Below, in pieces: positions 20,334 through 29,990 of a stretch of 64,000 nucleotides of DNA. How positions within the stretch are numbered: the stretch's first letter is position 1; each line of letters opens with the position of its first letter. Both the position numbers and the translations under genes were made by a program. This stretch comes from Candidatus Latescibacterota bacterium (GTDB lineage Bacteria; Latescibacterota; UBA2968; UBA8231), in NCBI GenBank assembly GCA_965223905.1, contig CBDCXV010000001.1, forward strand, positions 320,001 through 384,000. The letters are read 5' to 3'. The notes beneath the pieces are model-generated. The model made no database searches and was not told the origin of the DNA. It saw nothing but the letters and a program-made list of their open reading frames with translations.

Positions 20334-20954
20334 TCAATCCACATTTACAGACTGTAGTGAGGCAGACCCGGTCAAACCAGCACACTGCCAACGATGAACC
20401 AGACTGGATTTACCAAGGGATGCAGGTGCCGAAGGCGGAAGAGTCGAGACTAGGACCGCATGAGGCTGCGTTCTTGTTTTTACCCGGCAGCGCAGCTGAC
20501 CAAGACTTAACGCCGCTCGGGATAGCACCACATCTGCCATAGGGAGACCCTCCGGAACGCGGCTTTCCTGTTCGAGTCTTTCGTGCAGAACCGAGGTGTT
20601 GTTCAGTGACAGACGGCGAATGACCTCCCGCAGGAATGAGGCCCTCCTCCGCCTGCTTTCGATCAGTAGGAAGTGGGTCTGCGGAAGGGTTATTGCCAGT
20701 GGAATTCCTGGCAGACCGGCACCCGAACCGACATCCCACACAGCCCTGTGAGGCATGGTTAGGATGAGCTGTCTCAGGGCAACAGATGGAAGAATGTGTT
20801 TTTCTGGGATCCGCGATCTGTCCCCTGAAGAGATCAAACTTGCACGCTGTGACCACTGGGACAAGAGGTCTGCAAACTGCTCCAACCCCGCAATCCAATG
20901 CTCGATTTGGAGCGCGCTCCCATCGGGGCAGAATTCTGCCAGGATGTTGTGCAA
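20334..20954 (-). CDS. rsmG: 16S rRNA m7G527 methyltransferase RsmG (GidB)
   Basis: 'DVGSGAGLPGIPLAI', 'LIESRRRRASFL', 'VLSRA'; follows mnmE. Start uncertain. Confidence 0.88.
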   Translation of the reverse strand: MHNILAEFCPDGSALQIEHWIAGLEQFADLLSQWSQRASLISSGDRSRIPEKHILPSVALRQLILTMPHRAVWDVGSGAGLPGIPLAITLPQTHFLLIESRRRRASFLREVIRRLSLNNTSVLHERLEQESRVPEGLPMADVVLSRAALSLGQLRCRVKTRTQPHAVLVSTLPPSAPASLGKSSLVHRWQCAGLTGSASLQSVNVD

Positions 20955-21005
20955 GGATGAGGCGTTGAAAATCGGGATGCGACCTGGCTTTACCGGTAAG
21001 GGGGT

Positions 21006-21021
21006 TGTTTCACGTGGAACA
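21006..21021. promoter_or_regulatory. parS site 1
   Basis: TGTTTCACGTGGAACA, one mismatch from TGTTTCACGTGAAACA. Confidence 0.9.
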
Positions 21022-21052
21022 CCGGGAAGGGAAGAATCCGTGGAGCGATTAT

Positions 21053-21068
21053 TGTTCCACGTGGAACA
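21053..21068. promoter_or_regulatory. parS site 2
   Basis: Perfect palindrome TGTTCCACGTGGAACA. Confidence 0.9.
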
Positions 21069-21069
21069 C

Positions 21070-22458
21070 TCACTTTCCTATGCAGAATTCCGAAAAAATG
21101 TCATCCAGGACAGCTTCGTCGACATTTTCGCCCAACAGCTCTCCGCAATGGGAAAGGGCTGCGTGCAGTTCGGCTGCGACGCATTCCGCCATATCGCCTT
21201 CTGCCAACATCCTGTATGAATCTTGGCAGGCCGAATGGACTCGTTCGATAAGGCTGGCATGCCGTTGTCGAATAAGACCGACTCCCTCGACGGTCCGTGC
21301 CCTGGGGAGAAACTTCGTGATTGCCCCTTTCAGGTCCCGAAGACCAGTCCTCAGTACCGCCGAAATCGAAATAGTCAGAGCACGCTCGGAGACCGTATCC
21401 GGAATCCTTTGCTTGCACGGCATGTCAATCTTGTTTCTGATAATCAGAAAGGAACCGCCGCCTGCCAACGTGAGAAGCTCTTCGTCTCCCTCGCTCCAAG
21501 GCCGGGAGGAATCCGTTACAATCAGCACAAGATCGGCGTCGTTGGCTTCTTGGCGAGTTCGTCTCATACCCTCTACCTCAACTGCGCCTGATGCCGTTCG
21601 AAGCCCCGCCGTGTCCCTAAGGCGCACCAAATCGCCTTCCCACACTACTTGCCCTTCAATTACATCACGCGTCGTTCCAGGAGTATGGGTTACAATGGCT
21701 CGATCTTCACCAAGAAGGGCATTGAACAGGGTTGACTTCCCGACGTTGGGCCGTCCGATGAGAGCTACCGAAAAACCTTGCTGCCGTCGTCGGCCTCCTG
21801 CGAACGTTTCAAGCAATTGATGCGACAGGGAAATGGCGGGGTCCAACTCCTGGAAGATCTGTTCCGTACGTACATGCCCCTCTCCTTCCTGGGCGAAATC
21901 CAAGTTCACTTCAAGGAATGCCAAGGCTCGCACTACGTGGCCCTTGAGGGTACCTACCAATTGAGACAGTCGGCCACTGGTGTGACCGTATGAGTTTTGC
22001 ATTGCGTGTTTGCTGCCTGCCTGGATCAGGTCGATAACCGCCTCGGCCTGCAGCAAATCCATACGCCCGTTGACAAACGCCCGTCGTGTGAATTCGCCCG
22101 GACGTGCGAGGGTCGCACCGGCGGCGATCGCAGCCTCAACTACGCTGCTCAGAACGACTGCGCTGGCATGAGCGCTGATCTCGACGGTATCCTCCCCGGT
22201 ATACGACCGGGGGGCTTTCAGCACCCAGGCCAAGCCGGAGTCCAGCTCTGCTCCATTCTCATCCAGAATGCTGCCGTACTCCACGTACCGAGGTCGTTTT
22301 CCCAAGGGAGGATTGCTGCGAAACAGGGTGCGCGCAACGGGAACCGAGTTTGGACCACTCAGTCGAATGATACCAATCCCCCCCGCTCCCGAAGGGGTTG
22401 CTACAGCCACAATCGTAGAGGTTTCGATCGTGGAGGGGCGCGCCATAGCGGGCATCAT
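21070..22458 (-). CDS. mnmE: tRNA modification GTPase MnmE
   Basis: 'GIIRLSG', 'PRSYTGEDTVE', 'GRPNVGKSTL', 'GTTRD', 'DTAG', C-terminal FCIGK. Confidence 0.97.
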   Translation of the reverse strand: MMPAMARPSTIETSTIVAVATPSGAGGIGIIRLSGPNSVPVARTLFRSNPPLGKRPRYVEYGSILDENGAELDSGLAWVLKAPRSYTGEDTVEISAHASAVVLSSVVEAAIAAGATLARPGEFTRRAFVNGRMDLLQAEAVIDLIQAGSKHAMQNSYGHTSGRLSQLVGTLKGHVVRALAFLEVNLDFAQEGEGHVRTEQIFQELDPAISLSHQLLETFAGGRRRQQGFSVALIGRPNVGKSTLFNALLGEDRAIVTHTPGTTRDVIEGQVVWEGDLVRLRDTAGLRTASGAVEVEGMRRTRQEANDADLVLIVTDSSRPWSEGDEELLTLAGGGSFLIIRNKIDMPCKQRIPDTVSERALTISISAVLRTGLRDLKGAITKFLPRARTVEGVGLIRQRHASLIERVHSACQDSYRMLAEGDMAECVAAELHAALSHCGELLGENVDEAVLDDIFSEFCIGK

Positions 22459-22476
22459 GGAGCGCGACTGGGCACA

Positions 22477-24159
22477 CTAAGTGAGTTGCGCCCTGCGTTG
22501 CTTATAGCGGTTGGTCAGGTGTTGCTGGGCGATTTGCAACACATTGAAGACGGTCCAATAAAGGACCAACCCGGAAGAAAACCTCCACATTATGAAAACC
22601 ATGACAACAGGCATGATATACACAAGGGCAGCCTGTTTCGGGTCTTTCATTGTCATTTTCGACTGGAAAAACATCGCCGCCGACATCAACAGGGGCAGGA
22701 TGTGGATGGAGATTCCGGCGATCATTACTTCATCGGGTAAGGACAGGTCATCGATCCACAGAATGAACGGGGACTGCCTGAGTTCGATAGTGCTACTGAA
22801 GGTTTGATAGAGAGCGATGAATATCGGCATTTGCAGGAGGAGGGGGAGACAGCCACCCAGCGGATTCACTCCTTCATCGCGATAAAGTTTCATCGTCTCC
22901 CGGCTGAGGCGTTGATTGTCGTTTTTGAATTTTTCCTTGAGCGCTGCCACTTTTGGCTGCAACTCCTGCATCTTCGATGCCGATTCGTACGACTTGTGGG
23001 TCAGGGGATAGACGAGGATCTTGACAACAACTGCGAACAGAACGATCACCCAGCCGTAGTTGGGGATGACTTGGTAGGCGGCGACGAACAGAACGATCAG
23101 CACCTTGCTGATTTCACGCACAATCGGGAAGCCGAGATCCATCGCCCGCTCCAGTTCGGCTTCGTAAAGGATCAACTCCTCGTAGTCGAGCGGGCCAATA
23201 TAAAGCAATCCATCCCAGGTACCGGAAGGCGACAGCCTGAATCCGACCCGGTAATCGAATTCGGGAACGGGAACCGCAAAGCGAGCCTCGAGCTCTACGA
23301 TGTATCGGCTCGGTGTGGTCGGTGCTATGCTGGCCATGAAGTATTTGTTCCGCACTCCCGCCCAGCGAAGCGAACCCTTCTCGGCCCAGCTTTCCGGTTC
23401 TCCTGCTTCCGCACGCAAGTCATTCAGGCTTTCGTTCAAATAGGCCATCGCCTGCATCGACTCCAGATCGACATGCTCTGCTCTTTCCGCAATGGCGATT
23501 CCTCCCTCCCAGACAAAATAGGCAAAGGTCTGCTCATCGAATCCGGAGTAGGATAGCTCCATCTGTAGGCCATAGTGCTCGGCATCGAAGCGAAAGCGCT
23601 TCTCGACGAAGCGTCCATTTCCAAGATTTGCTCGCATTTGCAGGTTGCCGCTCGATCCGGATTCCAGAAAGAGTGATTCCGTACTGGGAACAAACTCCAC
23701 TTCACTCAGATCCTGCACTATATGGCCGTTCTCATCCCTGAACTCTAGGGCTAGAGCACGTGGAGCCTCGGGCATCAACTCCAATATCTCCCCCTCATGT
23801 CGCTGATACTGGGGCAGTTTGACTGATGTAAGAACTCCTCCGGCAGTAGAAAAAGTCAGTTCCTGCAGTGGAGTGCGTACTGAAATCTCCCGCGCTGAGA
23901 ATACACCCGGAGAGGAAACATCCGGCAGTTGGGACGTTGGCGCCTTCGCTTCGGTGAATTGTTCGGGCTCGGATGAAGGTGGAGACGGAATCTCGTCGAC
24001 GACTTCCTGCCGGCTGGACTGCGGTTCGGCAACTTGGTCCGCCTCGGAAACGGTATCCTGGGGGGGTGGTGTCAGGCCCATCCACTCATAGTAGTAGGGC
24101 ATCAGGAGAAAAATGAGCCCGATCAGCAGGAAAGCCAGCAGCGTGCGTTTGTCGCCCAT
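22477..24159 (-). CDS. yidC: Membrane protein insertase YidC
   Basis: N-terminal TM, large periplasmic domain, 'NYGWVI', 'GVNPLGGCLPLLLQMPIF', 'LYW'. Confidence 0.96.
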   Translation of the reverse strand: MGDKRTLLAFLLIGLIFLLMPYYYEWMGLTPPPQDTVSEADQVAEPQSSRQEVVDEIPSPPSSEPEQFTEAKAPTSQLPDVSSPGVFSAREISVRTPLQELTFSTAGGVLTSVKLPQYQRHEGEILELMPEAPRALALEFRDENGHIVQDLSEVEFVPSTESLFLESGSSGNLQMRANLGNGRFVEKRFRFDAEHYGLQMELSYSGFDEQTFAYFVWEGGIAIAERAEHVDLESMQAMAYLNESLNDLRAEAGEPESWAEKGSLRWAGVRNKYFMASIAPTTPSRYIVELEARFAVPVPEFDYRVGFRLSPSGTWDGLLYIGPLDYEELILYEAELERAMDLGFPIVREISKVLIVLFVAAYQVIPNYGWVIVLFAVVVKILVYPLTHKSYESASKMQELQPKVAALKEKFKNDNQRLSRETMKLYRDEGVNPLGGCLPLLLQMPIFIALYQTFSSTIELRQSPFILWIDDLSLPDEVMIAGISIHILPLLMSAAMFFQSKMTMKDPKQAALVYIMPVVMVFIMWRFSSGLVLYWTVFNVLQIAQQHLTNRYKQRRAQLT

Positions 24160-24171
24160 CGATGTGTTGCC

Positions 24172-24381
24172 TTACTCTACGGGGTCGTAACCACAGCCGC
24201 CCAACGGATGGCAGCGCAGCAGCCGCACCATCGCCTTGAATCCGCCACACAGACAACCGTGCTTGTCGACAGCTTGGGCGGCATATTCCGAGCAAGTCGG
24301 TTGAAACCTGCAGGCCGAGTAAGTGTATGGGGACAGGCAGAGCTGATACGCCCGAATGCAGACCACGAACAACCGGCGCAT
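24172..24381 (-). CDS. yidD: Membrane protein insertion efficiency factor YidD
   Basis: 'CRFQPTCSEYA', 'RLLRCHPLGGCGYDPV'. Confidence 0.95.
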   Translation of the reverse strand: MRRLFVVCIRAYQLCLSPYTYSACRFQPTCSEYAAQAVDKHGCLCGGFKAMVRLLRCHPLGGCGYDPVE

Positions 24382-24639
24382 TCAGGACTGCTGGTCCATC
24401 TGGGTCAGAAGATCGTCCAGGTCAACCTCGAGATGACGGTATGTGGCGTTTACCGCTGAGGGTTGTGGGAAAATAACGACAGGGTGCGAAGGATTGGGGC
24501 GTTCGCGGCAGAGGGACCGCAGGCGTCGCTTGAGACGATTGCGAACTACGGCTTTCCCAAGCGACTTTCGAATTACGAGAATGACAGCAGCCTGCCGCCC
24601 GTGTCGCACCCACAGATACCGCCCTTTTAACCAGCTCAC
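24382..24639 (-). CDS. rnpA: Ribonuclease P protein component (short form)
   Basis: RNR motif 'KSLGKAVVRNRLKRRLR'; lies between rpmH and yidD. Confidence 0.88.
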   Translation of the reverse strand: MSWLKGRYLWVRHGRQAAVILVIRKSLGKAVVRNRLKRRLRSLCRERPNPSHPVVIFPQPSAVNATYRHLEVDLDDLLTQMDQQS

Positions 24640-24693
24640 GGTGCGACGATTCGGAATGGGTGTTCCCCCCCTGCGCGGAGTTTTGGGGGTAAT

Positions 24694-24828
24694 TCAGACG
24701 GTCAGTTGTTTGCGACCCTTGCGACGCCGGCGGTTGATGACAGCACGACCACCGGGAGTGCGCATGCGTTTCCGAAAGCCGTGCTTGTTTCGTCGCTTGC
24801 GGTTACTCGGTTGAAAGGTTCGTTTCAC
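24694..24828 (-). CDS. rpmH: 50S ribosomal protein L34 (absent from ORF track)
   Basis: GTG-start [44 protein letters not shown], divergent from dnaA. Confidence 0.97.
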   Translation of the reverse strand: MKRTFQPSNRKRRNKHGFRKRMRTPGGRAVINRRRRKGRKQLTV

Positions 24829-25053
24829 GGAGGACCCTGGAATGATTTGCGCGGAACCGGGTGTTGGTCAGTTATTGACTTTCATTCCAGGCATCGCGCT
24901 ATCGTGCGTAAAAGGTTGTCGCATTGAATTCTAAGAGGATCGGGACGAATAGACTATCTGTCAAATTTTTTGAATCCCGGGGGTCGGTCCTTCGGATCCG
25001 AGGTTATCAGACTGCGTCCTCAAACTCCGAGTGCTCCTCGACGGTCCGGTTTC

Positions 25054-25082
25054 TTGACGCCCTTTCTTGCTTTGTCTACCGT
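25054..25082 (+). promoter_or_regulatory. Candidate dnaA promoter
   Basis: TTGACG, 17 nt, TACCGT, about 40 nt upstream of the dnaA start. Confidence 0.4.
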
Positions 25083-25121
25083 TGCGAACCCCTTTCTCTC
25101 CCGCTTCTGCATAAGAGAGTG

Positions 25122-26630
25122 ATGATCACCACCACATCGCAAGAAACCCACGAACTGTGGGCTCGTTGCCTGCTTAACATCGAGCGCCATATCCGCCCCC
25201 AAAGCTTCAACACCTGGTTTCGTCCCACAAAAGCGCTTCGTTTCGACGCCGAACTGCTTGAAATCGAAGTATCCAGCTCCTATTTCGCCGATTGGGTGGA
25301 AAGCAACTATTTGAAACTGATCCAGAGCGCTGTCAAGGAAGAAACGGACTTGGTTCCTCGCATCGTTTTCGCCATCGCCGATAACAACCCCAAGGAGCTG
25401 GAAAATGAGACCGTTTCTCCGGCCACGGCCGAGATGGCAGTCAAGAAGAACACCCAAATGGGAACGCAGGGAAACTTGTGGGACGACCGGGGGAAAGGGA
25501 AAACCGAACCCAGGAAACCTGGAATCGGTGAAACGGATACGAGTCGGGTCGAGGCCCGGGATTTGGCAGGAGAATGGACCCCCGGTCCATTTTTTACACC
25601 ACTAAACGAACGCTACACCTTCGACACTTTCGTCATTGGTGAGGGAAATCGCTTTGCACACGCAGCTGCATATTCCGTCGCCAAGTCGCCGGGAAAGACC
25701 CAATTCAACCCGCTGGTGATCTACGGCGGTGTCGGATTGGGAAAAACACATCTCCTCCAAGCCATTGGCCATTACGCTTTGTCTCAGGAAAGCAATCTGC
25801 GCGTCGCCTACGTGCCATCTGAAAAATTCATGAGCGACTTCATCGAGTCGCTCAAAGCCAGGAAGGCGGGAGAATTCCAGCGGCTCTATCGAAGTGCTGA
25901 CATGTTGCTGGTCGACGACATCCAGTTCCTCCTGAAAGGAGAGCATACACAGACAGAGTTCTTCCACACGTTCAACGCCCTGCACCAGAACGGGAAACAG
26001 ATCACCATGACCTGCGACAGCCCTCCTGGTGAACTACAGGGACTGGAAGAACGCCTTATTTCCCGGTTTCAGTGGGGGTTGGTCACAAGTATCGAGCCCC
26101 CCGATCTCGAAACGCGCATAGCCATTCTGCACAAGAAGGCCGAGATCAATGGCATCTACCTCACCGAGGAGGTTTCTACCTTTCTGGGGAACTACATCAG
26201 CACAAACATCCGGGAGCTGGAAGGTGCTCTGAACCACATCATGGCCTATTGTGCTGTAAATCACCAGGAATTGAACATCGAAGCTGCCCGCAAGATCGTT
26301 AAGGAACGGGTATCGGCCGAATCGACGCATCTGACCATTGAAAGTATCCAACGAATGGTCGCCGAACACTTCGATCTCACCCCCGAATTGCTGATTGGAA
26401 AAACCAGGAAACAGGAGATTGCCGTTCCCCGACAGATCGCAATGTATTTGGCCAAGAAGTTGACGAAAAGCTCTCTCAAGGTTGTCGGCCTTCATTTCGG
26501 AAATCGTGATCACAGTACAGTTATCCATGCCGTCAGAGCGGTTGACAGAAAACGTCATCAAGATCCGAGTCTTTCCCACTTGGTCGAATCCCTTTCAGAA
26601 TCCATCCAGCAACGCCATTCCAGACCGTAA
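25122..26630 (+). CDS. dnaA: Chromosomal replication initiator DnaA
   Basis: 'SFNTWF', 'YGGVGLGKTHL', 'VDDIQF', 'NIRELEGAL', 'RDHSTVIHA'. Confidence 0.98.
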   Translation: MITTTSQETHELWARCLLNIERHIRPQSFNTWFRPTKALRFDAELLEIEVSSSYFADWVESNYLKLIQSAVKEETDLVPRIVFAIADNNPKELENETVSPATAEMAVKKNTQMGTQGNLWDDRGKGKTEPRKPGIGETDTSRVEARDLAGEWTPGPFFTPLNERYTFDTFVIGEGNRFAHAAAYSVAKSPGKTQFNPLVIYGGVGLGKTHLLQAIGHYALSQESNLRVAYVPSEKFMSDFIESLKARKAGEFQRLYRSADMLLVDDIQFLLKGEHTQTEFFHTFNALHQNGKQITMTCDSPPGELQGLEERLISRFQWGLVTSIEPPDLETRIAILHKKAEINGIYLTEEVSTFLGNYISTNIRELEGALNHIMAYCAVNHQELNIEAARKIVKERVSAESTHLTIESIQRMVAEHFDLTPELLIGKTRKQEIAVPRQIAMYLAKKLTKSSLKVVGLHFGNRDHSTVIHAVRAVDRKRHQDPSLSHLVESLSESIQQRHSRP

Positions 26631-26639
26631 TATTCCGCC

Positions 26640-26945
26640 TGATTCTCCTGAATTACCCACACGAGTTATCCACAAATAAGGTGGATAACTCGTGTTTGTT
26701 TTGGGAAGCTGGTGGAGTCGAAATGTGACCCGCCCCGGACATGTTGACGAAGGGTTCGTATCCACAGAACCGGCATCGCCTATTCACACTTCGAACGCCG
26801 TGTTGTTTTTTTGTAAATCGTTAATAATCAATATGTTAGAATATTTCACCCTTTTTTAAGCACGGGTTGATCCACTATCCACAGCTACGACAATAAGTAC
26901 AATGGATAATACTAATAAAGTTGATTCGACTCCTTATTACTGGAT
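26640..26945. other. Replication origin oriC
   Basis: DnaA boxes TTATCCACA 26666-26674, GGTGGATAA 26680-26688, TTACCCACA 26653-26661, GTATCCACA 26758-26766, CTATCCACA 26875-26883. IHF consensus AATCAATATGTTA 26826-26838. AT-rich trinucleotide tract after the last box. Gene orientation diverges around this point. Confidence 0.85.
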
Positions 26946-27051
26946 GTGAATCTGCCCATCCCAAGCTCGGGGCCCTACGTGCCAATATAGAGTGAGACAT
27001 TTTCCCATCGGAGTTTAGAGTAGTCAGGAGGGCGGAAAGGAGAGCATTGAG

Positions 27052-27507
27052 GATGGCTTCCCGTACTGGAAGGGCGGAGCGAACTCCGGCACCTGTTGAA
27101 GAGTCCTCCCCAGAGGTTCCTCGTCCCGATCCGGAAGTGCCAGACAGAGAGCCAAGCGTCGGTATTTCAGTGCCCAGTATAAGCTTCGGGTACTGGAAGA
27201 AGCCGATGCCTGCCGGGCACCCGGGGAGGTAGGCGCCTTACTGCGTCGCGAAGGCCTGTATTCCTCGCAGCTGACCGCCTGGCGGCGGGCACGCCGGGAA
27301 GGTTCGCTGCAGGCGTTGGCCAAGCCGCGCGGTCCCCAAGGCCGTCGTCGGGACCCGGTGGCCAGCGACAACGAGCGCTTGCGCAAGGAGAACGCCCGTC
27401 TGCGGGGGCGTCTGGAGCAGGTCCAGGCGATCCTCGAGATCCAAAAAAAAGCCTCCGAGATCCTGGGCATCCCCCTGAACCGGCCCGCCAACGGCGACGA
27501 CGCATGA
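27052..27507 (+). pseudogene. IS3 OrfA, frameshifted
   Basis: ...PDPEVP, frame change at the AG repeat near 27145, then AKRRYFSAQYKLRVLEEAD...LLRREGLYSS...EIQKKASEILG. Confidence 0.8.
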
Positions 27508-28520
27508 GCGCGGCGGTCGAACAGTTGGCGACCACGGTCGGGGTGGCCCCGGCGTGCCGCGCCCTGGGGGTGGCCCGCGCCTCGGTCTATCGGCACCGCA
27601 CCCCCCTCCGCTGCCGCGCCGGGACGCGCCGCCGCGGCGCTCGCCTCGCGCCCTGTCGCCGGCGGAGCGCGCCCACGTGCTGGCCCACCCTGCACGAGGA
27701 CCGTTTCGTCGACCAAGCCCCGGCCGCCGTGTACGCGAGCCTGCTGGAGGAAGGACGCTACCTGTGCTCCCAACGCACGATGTATCGTCTGCTGCACGGC
27801 GCCGGCGAGGTAGGGGAACGCCGCCGCCAGCGCCGCCACCCTCGGGCCGAACCGCCGCGGCTGGTGGCTACGGCCCCCAACCAGGTCTGGACATGGGACA
27901 TCACCCGCCTGGCGGGGCCGCGCCGATGGGAGACGTACCCGCTCTACGTGGTGCTCGATCTGTTCTCCCGCTACGTCGTCGCCTGGATGGTGGCCACCCG
28001 GGAAAGCGCCGGCCGCGCCCAACGCCTGATCCGGGCCGCCTGCCACAAGCAGGACATCGAGCCGGGGCAGCTGACCCTGCACCAGGATAGGGGCGCCCCG
28101 AGGACGGCCAAGACCTTCTCGCAGCTGCTGGTCGATCTCGAGATCCTGGCCAGCTACAGCCGCCCGCCAACCGCCGACGACAACCCCTATTCGGAAAGCC
28201 AGTTCAAGACGGTGAAATACGCACCGACGTACCCGGGCCGCTTTGCCGACCCGGAGCAGGCGCGAACCTATTTGCGCTCGTTCTTTCTGTGGTACAACAC
28301 CCAGCATCGTCCTAGTGGACTGGGCCTGCTGACCCCGGAGGCAGTACATCAGGGGCGCGCCGAGAAGCTCCAGTCAGCGCGGCAACGCATCCTCGAGGAT
28401 GCCTACACACGACATCCCGAGCGCTTTGTAAAGGGTCCTCCTAAGGCGCCGAAAATACCGGCCGAAGTGTGGATCAACCCACCTCCGAAAACCGTCGAAT
28501 GTGCACGGATAAAACAGTAA
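27504..28520 (+). pseudogene. IS3 OrfB DDE transposase with internal compensating frameshifts
   Basis: 'PNQVWTWDIT', 'LHQDRG', 'DNPYSESQFKT', 'HPERF', 'VWINPP'. The expected 'SPRALSPAERAHVL' segment lies in another frame (about 27610-27690). Confidence 0.75.
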
Positions 28521-28695
28521 ACTTTCACGCGAAGTGTCTCATTTACATTGACACGTTCCGGGGTTCTCGATTGCGGACAACATACACATACGTGTCAGTG
28601 AACACGTGGGTAAGCATAAATAAATATGAGCTTACTCACTGTTAATACTACTCTTAGGGGTGGTTTTCCCTGCGTTTCCGGTCCCTTCCAATCGG

Positions 28696-28727
28696 TTGAC
28701 AGCATATCCTATGGCACATATTATAAT
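28696..28727 (+). promoter_or_regulatory. Sigma70-like promoter for dnaN operon
   Basis: TTGACA (28696-28701), 17 nt, TATTAT (28719-28724), with overlapping TATAAT. Confidence 0.65.
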
Positions 28728-28805
28728 TGACTAGGTATAAGCAACCTGCCCCATTTCGTCGCAAATCCCCTCCTGCTTAAACCATCTCACAGTGCGGAAT
28801 TCTCG

Positions 28806-29963
28806 ATGAAGCTGACAATCGAACGCAGTGATATATGGCGAGGAATCGACACCATTCTCGATGCTGTCGCTTCCAAGCCAGCGCAGCCGGTTCTGTCAAA
28901 CATTCTTGTTGAAGCCGAGGAAGACCGACTGACACTCTCTTCTTCAGATCTCGATCTGTCGATGCGTACCCGCATTCAAGCCAACGTAGAGCATCCCGGC
29001 AGAATAACTGTGCCCGCTCGAACATTTGCTGAAATTGCAAGAGAGTGGCCGGAGGCCCAACTATCCCTTTCGATGGATAACGGAAGGTTGGTGATATCCG
29101 GTCCTTTGGGTGAACCAGACAGCGGTGAGGGGAGGTACGTCCTGGCAACATCGCCCCCCGATGAATTTCCTGAAATCCCGGAAACACTTGACGGATTGAC
29201 GATCGACTTCGGCAATGGCGGCATGGGCCAGTTGCTCCAATCGATGATCGACAAAACCAGTTTCGCGGTCTCGCGGGACGAGACGCGACCGGTTCTCAAC
29301 GGCGTTCTATGGCGGATGGAGTCCGATTTCATGGCTATGGCCGCCACCGATGGAAGTCGCTTGGCTGAATACCGGCACTACTGGGGGGAGGGAGTCGGTA
29401 CGGCGGGAGCTGCGGAGGTTATCTTACCTCCTCAGCTTTGCAGTCAGCTCACAAAGCTTCTCGATGGGCCTGAAGAGATCGTGCGTGCCATCGTAGGGGA
29501 AAACCAGGTGCTGTTCGATCTCGGTAGCACACAGGTACTGTCCCGTCTCATCGAGGGTCCATACGTCGACTACGAACAAGTGGTTCCGCGGGAAAACGAC
29601 AAGCGATTGAGTGTCGCCGTGGACCGTCTGCTTCCAGCGGTCCGAAGAGTTTCGATTCTCTCGAGCAGTTTTACCCACCAAGTGCGACTGGCGCTGGACG
29701 GTAACACTCTCGAACTCACCGCCTCGAGCCAGGAAGTAGGAGGCGAGGGTCGCGAAGTCATACCGGCTGACTACGGGGAAGAGGCCCTGGAAGTTGCATA
29801 CAACTCCCGTTACCTGATGGAAATCTTGCGGAAACTCGACACCGCCAGCGTCGTAATCGAACTACGCGATTCAGTAACTGCGGCGGTCCTGCGGCCTGGA
29901 GAATTGCCCGAGGGGGATGAATTCTACTATCTGCTTATGCCGATGAGACCAGCGGGATCCTAG
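28806..29963 (+). CDS. dnaN: DNA polymerase III beta clamp
   Basis: 'PVLSNILV', 'DETRPVLNGV', 'ATDGSRL', 'SRLIEGPY', 'LLMPMR'. Confidence 0.97.
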   Translation: MKLTIERSDIWRGIDTILDAVASKPAQPVLSNILVEAEEDRLTLSSSDLDLSMRTRIQANVEHPGRITVPARTFAEIAREWPEAQLSLSMDNGRLVISGPLGEPDSGEGRYVLATSPPDEFPEIPETLDGLTIDFGNGGMGQLLQSMIDKTSFAVSRDETRPVLNGVLWRMESDFMAMAATDGSRLAEYRHYWGEGVGTAGAAEVILPPQLCSQLTKLLDGPEEIVRAIVGENQVLFDLGSTQVLSRLIEGPYVDYEQVVPRENDKRLSVAVDRLLPAVRRVSILSSSFTHQVRLALDGNTLELTASSQEVGGEGREVIPADYGEEALEVAYNSRYLMEILRKLDTASVVIELRDSVTAAVLRPGELPEGDEFYYLLMPMRPAGS

Positions 29964-29990
29964 GTACCATGCCAATAAACGGCGAATCCC

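Larger units (their letters stand above)
26973..28560 (+). mobile_element. IS3-family insertion sequence between dnaA/oriC and dnaN, decayed
   Basis: IRs ACGTGCCAATATAGAGTGAGACA (left) and TGTCTCATTTACATTGACACGT (right). GGG/CGGGG direct repeat at 26968-26972 and 28559-28563. Visibly higher GC than flanks. Confidence 0.88.

Noticed and set aside
20074-20391. 105-aa ORF between rsmG and the phosphatidyltransferase as a parA/parB remnant
   Set aside because: No Walker A or ParB motif; overlaps both neighbouring genes.
24924-25121. N-terminal extensions in the ORF track for dnaA (also sucC, rne, ccmC, frdC, purM and the sugar-binding protein)
   Set aside because: Artefacts of taking the first start codon; family-typical N-termini and RBSs lie downstream.
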